Shown here piece by piece: positions 19,999-28,405 of a stretch of 47,422 bases of DNA (the stretch's first letter is position 1; every line of letters begins with the position of its first letter). Origin of the DNA: a bacterium (lineage in GTDB: Bacteria; Hydrothermota; 32-111); assembly GCA_046484245.1 (NCBI GenBank), contig JAWOBN010000070.1:1-47422 (forward strand), written 5' to 3'. The position numbers and the translations under genes were made by a program. The notes under the pieces are model-generated. The model worked only from the letters and a program-made list of their open reading frames with translations, was not told the origin of the DNA and did not search any database.

Positions 19999-20071
19999 TA
20001 GGCTTCAAATTGTTGAATTCCTACGATCCCCTCATTATTCGTAATGGGCGGGTTATTAACGCCGCCCCTAC
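19999..20071 (-). repeat. Two GTAG-initiated REP-like hairpins
   Basis: Minus strand GTAGGGGCGGCGTTAATAACCCGCCC (20071-20046) and GTAGGAATTCAACAATTTGAAGCCTA (20024-19999). Confidence 0.5.
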
Positions 20072-20161
20072 ATACATCCTGTTTATCGCTTCTCTTTTCC
20101 ACTTTCAACTCATTTCCAGTCACCAGCATACCGGATACAAGCCGGTAAATTCTCTCTGGCC

Positions 20162-20213
20162 TTGACAAATCACGGGAGATAACTATAATATTATTGAAAA
20201 CGGTTATCAATAA
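20162..20213 (+). promoter_or_regulatory. fur promoter with Fur-box-like operator
   Basis: TTGACA-16 nt-TATAAT (20162-20189); TTATTGAAAACGGTTATCAATAA imperfect palindrome (20191-20213). Confidence 0.75.
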
Positions 20214-20221
20214 GGAGTGAG

Positions 20222-20686
20222 ATGAATAATAATGAATCAAACAGGAAGCCCAGGCGGCTCAGGCGCATGATGCGCAACAGAGGGTACAGGATGACATCAG
20301 CCCGTGAAGCCATACTTGATGTTCTATCCAGGGAATCCAAGCATCTCTCAGCCAAAGAGGTCTATTCCAAGGTTCTCCTCATTGAACCGGGCACAGGACT
20401 GACAACTGTTTACAGGACACTGGAGACACTCTCTGAAATGGGTGTGGTCAATAAAATAGAAATAGGCGATAAGACATCAAGATATGAGCTTATTAGGGAA
20501 GGTCACAGGCATCATCATCACATAATATGCACAAACTGCAATAAAGTGATTGATTATGATGATTTCATGGAGGAAGAGATGGAGATGTTCTGTAAACTGG
20601 AGAAGGAATTGGAAAAGAAATACAATGTAGAGATAAAGGGACATAATGTACAGTTCTTTGCAGTATGCAGGGAATGCAGGGAGTAA
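20222..20686 (+). CDS. fur: Fur family transcriptional regulator
   Basis: GYRMTSAREAIL, HLSAKEVY, TTVYRTL, HHHHIICTNC, C-terminal CREC. Confidence 0.93.
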   Translation: MNNNESNRKPRRLRRMMRNRGYRMTSAREAILDVLSRESKHLSAKEVYSKVLLIEPGTGLTTVYRTLETLSEMGVVNKIEIGDKTSRYELIREGHRHHHHIICTNCNKVIDYDDFMEEEMEMFCKLEKELEKKYNVEIKGHNVQFFAVCRECRE

Positions 20687-20699
20687 AAAAATTTGATTA

Positions 20700-20722
20700 T
20701 TAATGAAAATGATTATCATTAA
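20700..20722 (+). promoter_or_regulatory. Fur box
   Basis: TTAATGAAAATGATTATCATTAA; one mismatch to the 7-1-7 TGATAAT-N-ATTATCA consensus. Confidence 0.75.
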
Positions 20723-20737
20723 CAAAAAGGAGTTTAC

Positions 20738-21052
20738 ATGAAAATAGTCATACCAAGCAGCAGCAATTCAATGGATTCATTGATGGATGAACGGTTCGGC
20801 AGGGCAAAATATTTCTGTATCTATGATACAGATACTGACGAGTATTCATTCATTGAGAACACATGGCTGGGTCAGCAGCATGGTGTCGGGGTTCGGACAT
20901 CATCCGTAATAGCTGAAAAAGATGTATCTATGGTCATTGCACCGAATATAGGGCCCAAGGCAGGTGATATTCTCAGGGAGAGCGGCATTGATGTAAGGAC
21001 AAGTGAAGTAAAACCATTGAAACAGATTATTGAAGAGCACAGGAATGACTGA
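20738..21052 (+). CDS. NifB/NifX family (dinitrogenase FeMo-cofactor-binding-like) protein
   Basis: MKIVIPS, RFGRAKYFCIYD, HGVG, NIGPKA. Confidence 0.9.
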   Translation: MKIVIPSSSNSMDSLMDERFGRAKYFCIYDTDTDEYSFIENTWLGQQHGVGVRTSSVIAEKDVSMVIAPNIGPKAGDILRESGIDVRTSEVKPLKQIIEEHRND

Positions 21053-21890
21053 AAGAAGAATAATCACTGTTCTGTCAGGTAAAGGAGGCACAGGCAAGAC
21101 AACAGTTGCTGCCGGCCTGGCAACTGTAATGGATAATTCATACTATATTGACAGTGATGTGGAGGAGCCCAATGGCAAATTCTTTCTTAATCCTCAAATA
21201 GCTAAGAAAGAGAGATTCACCAAACCTGTACCGAGAATAGTAGAAGCCAGTTGCACATACTGCGGCAAATGCGCTGACGAATGCCAGTATTCGGCAATAT
21301 CCATTATCAGCAATACCAAGAAGACCTTTGTTTTTGATGAGCTCTGCCATTCCTGCGGTGTGTGCTGGACAGTCTGTCCGGAAAATGCCATTGAGCAATT
21401 ACCCAAGCCTGTTGGATATATAAACAGGGGTATTGCATCAGGCAAGAAATATGAATCATTCAGAGAGGGGCTTCTTGATGTCGGGGAACCATCCGGTGTA
21501 CCGCTTATCAATCATCTGCTCAGCAAATTTGATGATAACAGGAATTACATAATTGATGCCCCGCCCGGCACAAGCTGTCCTGTTGTTGCAGCTTTAATGC
21601 CCTGTGATTTTGCTCTTATAGTTACAGAGCCCACACCATTCGGTGTCAATGATCTGGAGCTTACATTGGAAATGATAGGGGAAATAGGTAAAAAAAGCGG
21701 AATAATTATCAATAAGCAAAGGGGTGACAGCCGTATTGTTGAGGATATTGCAGAGAAATACTCTGTCCCTGTCATAGGCACAATACCCTATAACCGGGCA
21801 ATTGCCGAGGATTATTCCAATGGTATTATCAGCCCGGTGCTGAAAAATGAAATAGAGAAAATAGCCGGAGGACTTAAATGGACGGACTAA
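21045..21890 (+). CDS. MinD-superfamily P-loop ATPase with inserted 2x[4Fe-4S] ferredoxin domain
   Basis: SGKGGTGKTT, DSDVEEPN, CTYCGKC, CHSCGVC, DAPPGTSCP, VTEPTPFG; start placed at MTERR. Confidence 0.9.
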   Translation: MTERRIITVLSGKGGTGKTTVAAGLATVMDNSYYIDSDVEEPNGKFFLNPQIAKKERFTKPVPRIVEASCTYCGKCADECQYSAISIISNTKKTFVFDELCHSCGVCWTVCPENAIEQLPKPVGYINRGIASGKKYESFREGLLDVGEPSGVPLINHLLSKFDDNRNYIIDAPPGTSCPVVAALMPCDFALIVTEPTPFGVNDLELTLEMIGEIGKKSGIIINKQRGDSRIVEDIAEKYSVPVIGTIPYNRAIAEDYSNGIISPVLKNEIEKIAGGLKWTD

Positions 21891-22774
21891 AAGAGATAGT
21901 TGTACTATCAGGTAAAGGCGGTACCGGCAAGACAACAATAACCGCATCACTCTCAAAATTAATGAAGAGAAAGGTTATTGCCGACTGTGATGTGGATGCA
22001 GCTGATATGTTCATACTCCTTGACCCCGAGATGCTGTCAAGAAAGCCATTCAAGGGTAAATCCATAGCTCATATCACCCAGGAAAAATGCACAGGCTGCA
22101 ACAGATGTTATGAGGTTTGCAATTTCAATGCAGTGCAGAACAATGAGGGTCATTATAGAGTCAATGAATTCATGTGTGACGGCTGCAATCTCTGCTCAAT
22201 AGAATGCCCGGCAGATGCCATTGAAATGATTGAACAGACAGTAGGCGAATGGTTCATTTCAAAAACTGACTGGGGCAGCATGATACACGCGCGCCTGAAA
22301 CCCGGAGCTGAAAATTCCGGCAATCTCGTTACAATGGTCAAGCATCAGGCAAGGCGAATTGCTGAGGAAAACAGTATTGACACTATACTGATAGATGGTC
22401 CTCCCGGTATAGGATGTCCCGTAATATCATCACTGTCCGGAGCAGATCTTGCATTAATAGTAACAGAACCGTCAAAGAGCGGCATCCATGACCTTGAGAG
22501 AATACACTCCCTTGCCGAATCATTCAATGTAAAGGCGGGGGTAGTTATCAATAAATTTGATATTAACCCGTCACTCACTGACAGTATCATTGAATTCAGT
22601 GAAAAGAGGAATATCACCCTAATGGGCATCATACCCTATGATGAATGCATCATAGATGCATTGATGAATAAACAGACACCTGTTGACAATAATCAATGCG
22701 GGCATATCAGGGAGATAATCAAGAAAATAGAACAGTCAATAATTGAACAGACAGGAATAACAGATGAATCTTAA
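21878..22774 (+). CDS. MinD-superfamily P-loop ATPase with inserted ferredoxin domain (partner paralog)
   Basis: SGKGGTGKT, DCDVDA, CTGCNRC, CDGCNLC, ENSGNLV, DGPPGIGCP, VTEP. Confidence 0.92.
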   Translation: MDGLKEIVVLSGKGGTGKTTITASLSKLMKRKVIADCDVDAADMFILLDPEMLSRKPFKGKSIAHITQEKCTGCNRCYEVCNFNAVQNNEGHYRVNEFMCDGCNLCSIECPADAIEMIEQTVGEWFISKTDWGSMIHARLKPGAENSGNLVTMVKHQARRIAEENSIDTILIDGPPGIGCPVISSLSGADLALIVTEPSKSGIHDLERIHSLAESFNVKAGVVINKFDINPSLTDSIIEFSEKRNITLMGIIPYDECIIDALMNKQTPVDNNQCGHIREIIKKIEQSIIEQTGITDES

Positions 22775-23051
22775 AGAGAAAGTCACGGATAGACTGCAGT
22801 CACTGCTTGACCCTGAACTGAGGGTCAATGTGATGGAACTGGGTCTTATAAAGGACCTTGATATTGACAACAGCGGCAATGTATCTTTGAAATTCAAGCC
22901 CAGTTCCCGGCAGTGCCCTGTGGGGATACAGCTTGCAATTGCAGTAAAGCAGAGCATCTTGGAGTTAGAAGGTGTAAGGAGTGTTGATATTGAAGTGCAG
23001 AATTTCATTCACAAGGATAAATTGGAAGAAATACTTAAATCTATAGAGTAA
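22764..23051 (+). CDS. DUF59/SufT-like Fe-S assembly protein
   Basis: DPELRVNVMELGLI, CPVG. Confidence 0.85.
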   Translation: MNLKEKVTDRLQSLLDPELRVNVMELGLIKDLDIDNSGNVSLKFKPSSRQCPVGIQLAIAVKQSILELEGVRSVDIEVQNFIHKDKLEEILKSIE

Positions 23052-23061
23052 GGAGGTAATT

Positions 23062-23391
23062 ATGCCTAGAGGAGATAGAACAGGACCGGACGGACTGGGA
23101 CCAAGAACAGGAAGAGGACTCGGATACTGCAGCGGATATGCAAGCCCCGGATTTGCAAAGGGCCCCGGAAGAGGTATGGGACGCGGCTACGGCAGAGGCT
23201 ATGGCCGTGGATTCAGACAGGGCTTTGGAAGGAGAAATGCTTTTTATGATTATGCACCTGCCCCGTATTATTACGATGAACCTGCCCAGCCCGAAGATGA
23301 GAAGAAGTATCTGGAAGAAGAGATGCAGATTCTCAAGGAGCGCATTGATCAGGTCAAAGAGCGTCTGGACTCCATTTCCGAAGACAAATAA
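23062..23391 (+). CDS. DUF5320 family Gly/Arg-rich protein
   Basis: MPRGDRTGPDGLGPRTGRGLGYC, GRG repeats, coiled-coil C-terminus; AAGGAGGT RBS. Confidence 0.88.
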   Translation: MPRGDRTGPDGLGPRTGRGLGYCSGYASPGFAKGPGRGMGRGYGRGYGRGFRQGFGRRNAFYDYAPAPYYYDEPAQPEDEKKYLEEEMQILKERIDQVKERLDSISEDK

Positions 23392-23396
23392 TCCAA

Positions 23397-23430
23397 AAAG
23401 GCGGGAGTAATTCTCCCGCCTTTCCTTTCT
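23397..23430 (+). terminator. Intrinsic terminator ending the Fur cluster
   Basis: aaaggcgggag/ctcccgccttt. Confidence 0.75.
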
Positions 23431-23492
23431 CAGCAATAATTCTGTTGCCTTAATCAGCTTTTTCATATAGAATATTCGTAAAAAGGAAAAGA

Positions 23493-24422
23493 ATGAAGAT
23501 TATTGTAACAGGCGGCGCCGGGTTTATTGGTTCACATCTGATAAATCGTCTGCTCAACGAAGGCAATGAGATTATCTGTCTTGACAATCTCCGCACAGGC
23601 AGTCTTAAAAACATAGAACATTTCCGGAAAAATCCCCTCTTTCAATTTGTGGAACACGATGTCATTAAGCCCTATGATGTCAAAGCTGACTGCATATATA
23701 ATCTTGCATGTCCCGCTTCACCTGTTCATTATCAGAAAGACCCTGTCAATACAATGAATTCAACTGTTGAAGGTGTGCGCAATGCAGTAAACAATGCCCT
23801 GAAATACAGTATTCGCCTGCTGCAGTCATCTACATCAGAGATCTACGGTGACCCGCTTGAGCATCCCCAGAAAGAGGACTACTGGGGCAATGTCAATCCC
23901 CTCGGGCCGAGGGCATGCTATAATGAAGCAAAACGCCTCGGTGAGACAATGATGTACAATTATCACGAGCAATACGGTCTTGATATGCGCATAGTGAGGA
24001 TATTCAATACATACGGTCCCAATATGCAGATGAATGACGGCAGGGTTATCTCCAATTTCATTATACAGGCTCTTCAGAATGAGGATATAACAATATACGG
24101 TGACGGAACACAGACGCGGTCTTTCTGCTATGTGGATGATATGATAGACGGACTCGTGAAAATGATGGAGAGTGGGGTCCACGGACCTGTCAATATAGGG
24201 AATGATAATGAAACGACAATTCTTGAACTTGCCCGGAAGGTCATTGAACTCTGCAAAAGCCGGTCAGGCATATCCTTCAAACCATTGCCTGAGGAGGATC
24301 CCAGAAGAAGAAAACCCGATCTGCATCTGGCAAAAGAATTACTGGACTGGCAGCCGAGGGTTTCGCTTGATGAAGGTCTGAAGAGGACTATAGAGTATTT
24401 CAGTTCACTCTTTGAACAATAA
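23493..24422 (+). CDS. UDP-glucuronate decarboxylase-like NAD-dependent epimerase/dehydratase
   Basis: GGAGFIGSHL, LACPASPVHYQ, STSEIYGDP, YWGNVNP, YNEAK, RIFNTYGP, DGRVISNF. Confidence 0.92.
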   Translation: MKIIVTGGAGFIGSHLINRLLNEGNEIICLDNLRTGSLKNIEHFRKNPLFQFVEHDVIKPYDVKADCIYNLACPASPVHYQKDPVNTMNSTVEGVRNAVNNALKYSIRLLQSSTSEIYGDPLEHPQKEDYWGNVNPLGPRACYNEAKRLGETMMYNYHEQYGLDMRIVRIFNTYGPNMQMNDGRVISNFIIQALQNEDITIYGDGTQTRSFCYVDDMIDGLVKMMESGVHGPVNIGNDNETTILELARKVIELCKSRSGISFKPLPEEDPRRRKPDLHLAKELLDWQPRVSLDEGLKRTIEYFSSLFEQ

Positions 24423-24461
24423 TGTAAGGGAGGCAGTATCAATAAGGTAATTGAAACATTA

Positions 24462-25205
24462 ATGTCACATAAATCCATCAGGCAATATACCCCCGAAGCT
24501 GTTGACGACAGTATTATTGAAACCATTGTAAGGGCAGGACAACAGGCTGCATTTGCCTCACAGGCATATTCCCTTCTACTGAAGAGGGACAGTGAGAATA
24601 ACCCGTTTCATGCTCCCCTGCTTTTTACTGTCTGCATTGATGCTCATAAATTTGAACTTATCATGAAAAAACGGGGCTGGAACAAAACTGCAATGAATGA
24701 TGTTTTTCTCTTTATCCTCAATATGCAGGATGCATGTTATGCTGCTCAGAATCTCGTAATTGCTGCTGAATCAATGGGTTTGGGGACATGCTATCTGGGA
24801 ATGACGCCTTATATTGCAGAGAGTATTGCTAAAGAGTATAATTTGCCCGAAAGGGTATTCCCATTTGTTCAGATTACTGTCGGTTATCCTGATGAGGAGC
24901 CGGATATCAGACCGAGATATCCCCTTGATTTTACACTCTTTGAGGATAAATACGGGTTCTCAGAAGATACACTCAAAAGAGCAATGGACCAGATGGACCT
25001 AGGATATCTCAAACAGGATTATTATAGAAAAGCCAATTATATGATACCATTGAATGACAGGAATGAGAAATATGACTTCAGCAATTACTCTTGGACAGAG
25101 CATATATCCAGGAAATGGGGCCAGTGGTATCCTAAGAAGGACAGTATTCTGAAGATACTGTCAAAATGCGGATTTGATATTGCAGACAAGAGCGACCAAT
25201 CTTGA
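24462..25205 (+). CDS. NfsA/Frp-like nitroreductase (true start may be ATC at 24438)
   Basis: HKSIRQY, AAQNLVIAAESMGLGTCYLG, NLPERVFP, GYPDE..RPR. Confidence 0.88.
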   Translation: MSHKSIRQYTPEAVDDSIIETIVRAGQQAAFASQAYSLLLKRDSENNPFHAPLLFTVCIDAHKFELIMKKRGWNKTAMNDVFLFILNMQDACYAAQNLVIAAESMGLGTCYLGMTPYIAESIAKEYNLPERVFPFVQITVGYPDEEPDIRPRYPLDFTLFEDKYGFSEDTLKRAMDQMDLGYLKQDYYRKANYMIPLNDRNEKYDFSNYSWTEHISRKWGQWYPKKDSILKILSKCGFDIADKSDQS

Positions 25206-25279
25206 CAATTCCCTGAACTCTTTCTGCTAATCTAATATATTCCATCACTTACATTCGGCACATACTATTGTTTGTTTAT
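25077..25279 (+). repeat. Direct repeat, left copy (nitroreductase 3' end plus downstream region)
   Basis: Aligns with 28181-28382 at offset ~3104, with scattered substitutions. Confidence 0.92.
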
Positions 25280-25324
25280 TATTTCCATTATACAAAAGTT
25301 GCGCTAATTTTTTGAGACTAATAT

Positions 25325-26911
25325 TTATTTGATCTTCAATATTTTAATTGTCTCCTTAAAATCTCCTGCATTTAATCTGTAAAAATACATACCGCTTGGA
25401 AGCACCTTTCCATTATTGTCTTTCCCATCCCAGTTAGCAGAATAATATCCCGCTTCTTTATCTTCATCAACAAGGACTTTGACTAATTGGCCGGCTGTAT
25501 TGTAGATCGTAATATTTGTATGAACAGTTTTGCTTATACCATATTGTATTCTCACATCATTCATAAATGGATTAGGAGTGATAAAAAATGTACCAAGCTT
25601 ATAAGGTTTTATTACATTAGATGAATCAATATTAGATGCCTTGTATTCCTTTATGGATGATAAAGATATCCTTTCTTTATCATTTGTTCCCACAAGCCAA
25701 AGAGGGGTACTCCCATAGTATAGAGCATGATCCGGATCATCTTTAAGTATCACTTTTACCTTGTTTACACCAATTTTAAACAAGCTTGATAAATCAACGG
25801 GTGGCAAAGGAATGTCTCCTTTTGTCGGTGCATAATTATGAGTCCATAAAGAACTTGTTCCGTCAGGATGCACTACTGTCATTTCTATAATATCATCTAC
25901 ACATGTAGATTCTAATCCTAAACTGTCTGATGCAAAGATTACTTGTCCACCAATATAATTATATTCAATTGAATCATTGAAAAATACATAACCTGCATAT
26001 GGAACAAGTGTCCATGGTATAGAATCCGTTATTTTTACAGTGTTCTCTGTTATGCCATAATTAAAACTCCATTCTGTTGTGTCTTCATAAAAATTTCCTG
26101 AAATACTGTTTGTTGAATATACTTTTACTATATGTAATCCTTTTGATAAACTATCGGGTTTGTATGAAACATTCTTTTTATTCTTCCCTCCTCTGATATT
26201 GGGAGATACCGTATCTCCGTCCAGCCACATCTTCACATTACCTATTTCTCCGGAACCTTCTATTCTAAGGGATATTCTCGGGGGATTATTGTGAATAGTT
26301 ATTGTATCTTTGTTTTCCGGTTTTAATTTGGAGAATTGTGGGAAGATGGAATGAAATGTATATCCTTCTCTCATTGCTGATAATCTTACTTTATGCCAAT
26401 CGAACAAAGTAGTATCGTCAAGACCTACTGCTTCAAACACTGAATCATTCCAAGCATATAACTGAATGTGTCCGGGTTTTCTTAGAGCATCTCCCATTTT
26501 TAATAAACTTTTATCCTTAGGTAAATCCATACATAATCCTACTAATGCTGCTCCTCCATGAATATTTACATCCCAACAATCCGTCACTAAACCAGAGCAA
26601 TCTATTCCTGTATAACCAGTTGTATTTCCTTCATTATAATTATCCATCCAATTTCTTGGCATAACACCTGCATTTATATCACTCTGAAATGCACTTGTGT
26701 TATCCTTATCTCCATAACTGTATGCCACTCCTGTGATTTGGGTACCCTTTGTTTTATATTGAGCATATCTTGGATTCGGTGTATTCACCTTCCAATTATA
26801 TTCAGCATATACTTTTGCCTGTGATATTATTGATTGTCGCGTCACAATTTCTGCATTTAATAATATACAAGCTAATATTGATATTAATAATAATATTTTT
26901 TTCATTTTCAA
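25325..26911 (-). CDS. Secreted NlpC/P60-like (papain-fold) protein with FlgD/T9SS-like C-terminal domain
   Basis: Signal peptide; GVAYSYG, GIDCSGLV, GDALRKPGHIQLY, FEA; C-terminus PNPF...IYNTAGQLVKVL...WDGKD...SGMYFYRL...KILKIK. Confidence 0.8.
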   Translation of the reverse strand: MKMKKILLLISILACILLNAEIVTRQSIISQAKVYAEYNWKVNTPNPRYAQYKTKGTQITGVAYSYGDKDNTSAFQSDINAGVMPRNWMDNYNEGNTTGYTGIDCSGLVTDCWDVNIHGGAALVGLCMDLPKDKSLLKMGDALRKPGHIQLYAWNDSVFEAVGLDDTTLFDWHKVRLSAMREGYTFHSIFPQFSKLKPENKDTITIHNNPPRISLRIEGSGEIGNVKMWLDGDTVSPNIRGGKNKKNVSYKPDSLSKGLHIVKVYSTNSISGNFYEDTTEWSFNYGITENTVKITDSIPWTLVPYAGYVFFNDSIEYNYIGGQVIFASDSLGLESTCVDDIIEMTVVHPDGTSSLWTHNYAPTKGDIPLPPVDLSSLFKIGVNKVKVILKDDPDHALYYGSTPLWLVGTNDKERISLSSIKEYKASNIDSSNVIKPYKLGTFFITPNPFMNDVRIQYGISKTVHTNITIYNTAGQLVKVLVDEDKEAGYYSANWDGKDNNGKVLPSGMYFYRLNAGDFKETIKILKIK

Positions 26912-26921
26912 TCTCCCAATC

Positions 26922-27965
26922 TTACTTTACACTCTCATATTGATATATTTCTGCTCCATCTTCTTTGGGACACAAATAATATATATCTCCGTCCTTATTT
27001 ACTCGTATGTGTTTCTGAAAATAATAGTTTAAATAGTCAATTTCATTTTCTTCAAGTATTATTAAACTTAATATCTCTCCTGTCTCTTTGTATTTATATA
27101 CTACTGTTTTTGATCTTTGTTGTTCTCTCCAATCTTGATTTTGTTTTGGATAATATGTTGCCAAATAATAGTTATTTTCTTTATCTTTACCAATATAATA
27201 ATAATCAAATGTTTTATATATTGCATATTCATTATTATATCTTTTGGGTGGTTTTAATTTATTCGGTTTAAGTACTTTTTTATTTTTGGTATCTATTATA
27301 TCCTTCATTTTATCTTCGGGTTTATTCTCTTTTGTTAATTCTGTACTCCCGCCATATCTTTTCACTAATGTTCCATTCTGATATATTTCTACTCCATGAG
27401 GTATACTCTTATATTGATAATCCTTCCCTTCCAATATATGCTCACCTGTCCGTTTTTCTGTATTATATATATATACAAATTTTCCCTTTCTACCTGTTGA
27501 ATTTCCATATATATATTTACCGTCTTCACTTACTTCTATATACTCAGTATTGTGAAACTCAATATCTTCATTCAGATATACTCCTGCTAATTCTCCTTTG
27601 TTATTATATTTTTTTACTGCTCCATTAAAATTATCTAATATATAAATGTTTTCTAATGTATCTAACGCAATACCCCATGGGCCGGTTGCACCTACTCCTT
27701 GAGTACATTTTAAGTTGTTTTTTTCACTCCCCCATTTTATTTTAACTAATTTTATTTCTTTATATTTTTCCGGTAAAATATTCTGTAATTCTAACACTGT
27801 TTTATTATTATCTTGATTTTTATTACCTTCAATCGCCGCTACATTAATTGGTTCATTTATTGCTATTTGTTTTTGTGTTTCCTCTTTCTCTCTCGGCTTC
27901 AATGCGGAACTCATTATTACTAATAATATAAGTATTGCAGTTAGTATAAACATTATCTTTTTCAT
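26922..27965 (-). CDS. Exported/membrane-anchored protein with an NHL-like beta-propeller repeat
   Basis: N-terminal hydrophobic helix; GPWGIALDTLENIYILDNFNGAVKKYN; RVNKDGDIYYL; AGGAGG RBS. Confidence 0.7.
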   Translation of the reverse strand: MKKIMFILTAILILLVIMSSALKPREKEETQKQIAINEPINVAAIEGNKNQDNNKTVLELQNILPEKYKEIKLVKIKWGSEKNNLKCTQGVGATGPWGIALDTLENIYILDNFNGAVKKYNNKGELAGVYLNEDIEFHNTEYIEVSEDGKYIYGNSTGRKGKFVYIYNTEKRTGEHILEGKDYQYKSIPHGVEIYQNGTLVKRYGGSTELTKENKPEDKMKDIIDTKNKKVLKPNKLKPPKRYNNEYAIYKTFDYYYIGKDKENNYYLATYYPKQNQDWREQQRSKTVVYKYKETGEILSLIILEENEIDYLNYYFQKHIRVNKDGDIYYLCPKEDGAEIYQYESVK

Positions 27966-28171
27966 CTTTTCCTCCTGAAATAATAATTATTTCTTAAAAT
28001 TGTCTTTTTTGATGTGATTTGAATTTTCGCTTGAAAAATTTCCCTCTCCTGATTATCTGTTTTAATCAAACCTCAATTGAACCAATTTCATTAAATTGCT
28101 TATCATAATGAACATTATTTTACAATCATTAATTAATATGTCAATAGTTATTTATGACCTGTCAAATTAAA

Positions 28172-28309
28172 AAATATAGTTTCAGCAATTACTCATGGAC
28201 AGAGCATATATCCAGGAAATGGGGGCAATGGAAGCCTCAGAAGGACAGTATTTTGAAGATACTGTCAAAATGCGGATTTGATTTCAGGGATAAGAGCGAC
28301 AATTCCTGA
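28172..28309 (+). pseudogene. Orphan 3' fragment of the nitroreductase gene
   Basis: Reads KYSFSNYSWTEHISRKWGQWKPQKDSILKILSKCGFDFRDKSDNS*, homologous to the C-terminus of 24462-25205, with the stop at the equivalent position. Confidence 0.85.
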
Positions 28310-28382
28310 CAATCCCCTGAACTCCTTCTGCTAATCTAATATATTTCCACACTTACATTCGGCACACACATTGCTTGTTTAT
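28181..28382 (+). repeat. Direct repeat, right copy
   Basis: Aligns with 25077-25279. Confidence 0.92.
28360..28375 (+). promoter_or_regulatory. Putative sigma54 (-24/-12) promoter
   Basis: CGGCAC-ACACA-TTGCT (GG-N10-GC), 30 nt before the methyltransferase ATG. Confidence 0.55.
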
Positions 28383-28405
28383 AATGAAATAAACAAGGAG
28401 CAGTA

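Larger units (their letters stand above)
25280..28171. mobile_element. AT-rich two-gene island between the direct repeats
   Basis: Abrupt rise in A+T and A/T-ending codons; bounded by a ~205-bp duplication; no recombinase gene. Confidence 0.75.

Noticed and set aside
19998-20240. 80-aa minus-strand ORF
   Set aside because: It runs through the fur promoter and REP-like hairpins and lacks an RBS; likely spurious.
20738-22774. Nitrogen fixation or cell-division (minD) genes
   Set aside because: No nifHDK or minCE; these are the generic NifX-like and ferredoxin-inserted ATPase families.
23493-25205. Read-through fusion of UDP-glucuronate decarboxylase and nitroreductase (same frame)
   Set aside because: The stop is TAA and a strong SD follows it; same-frame adjacency is expected by chance one time in three.
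25077-28382. Diversity-generating retroelement TR/VR pair
   Set aside because: Differences between the copies involve all four bases rather than adenines only, and there is no reverse transcriptase in the window.
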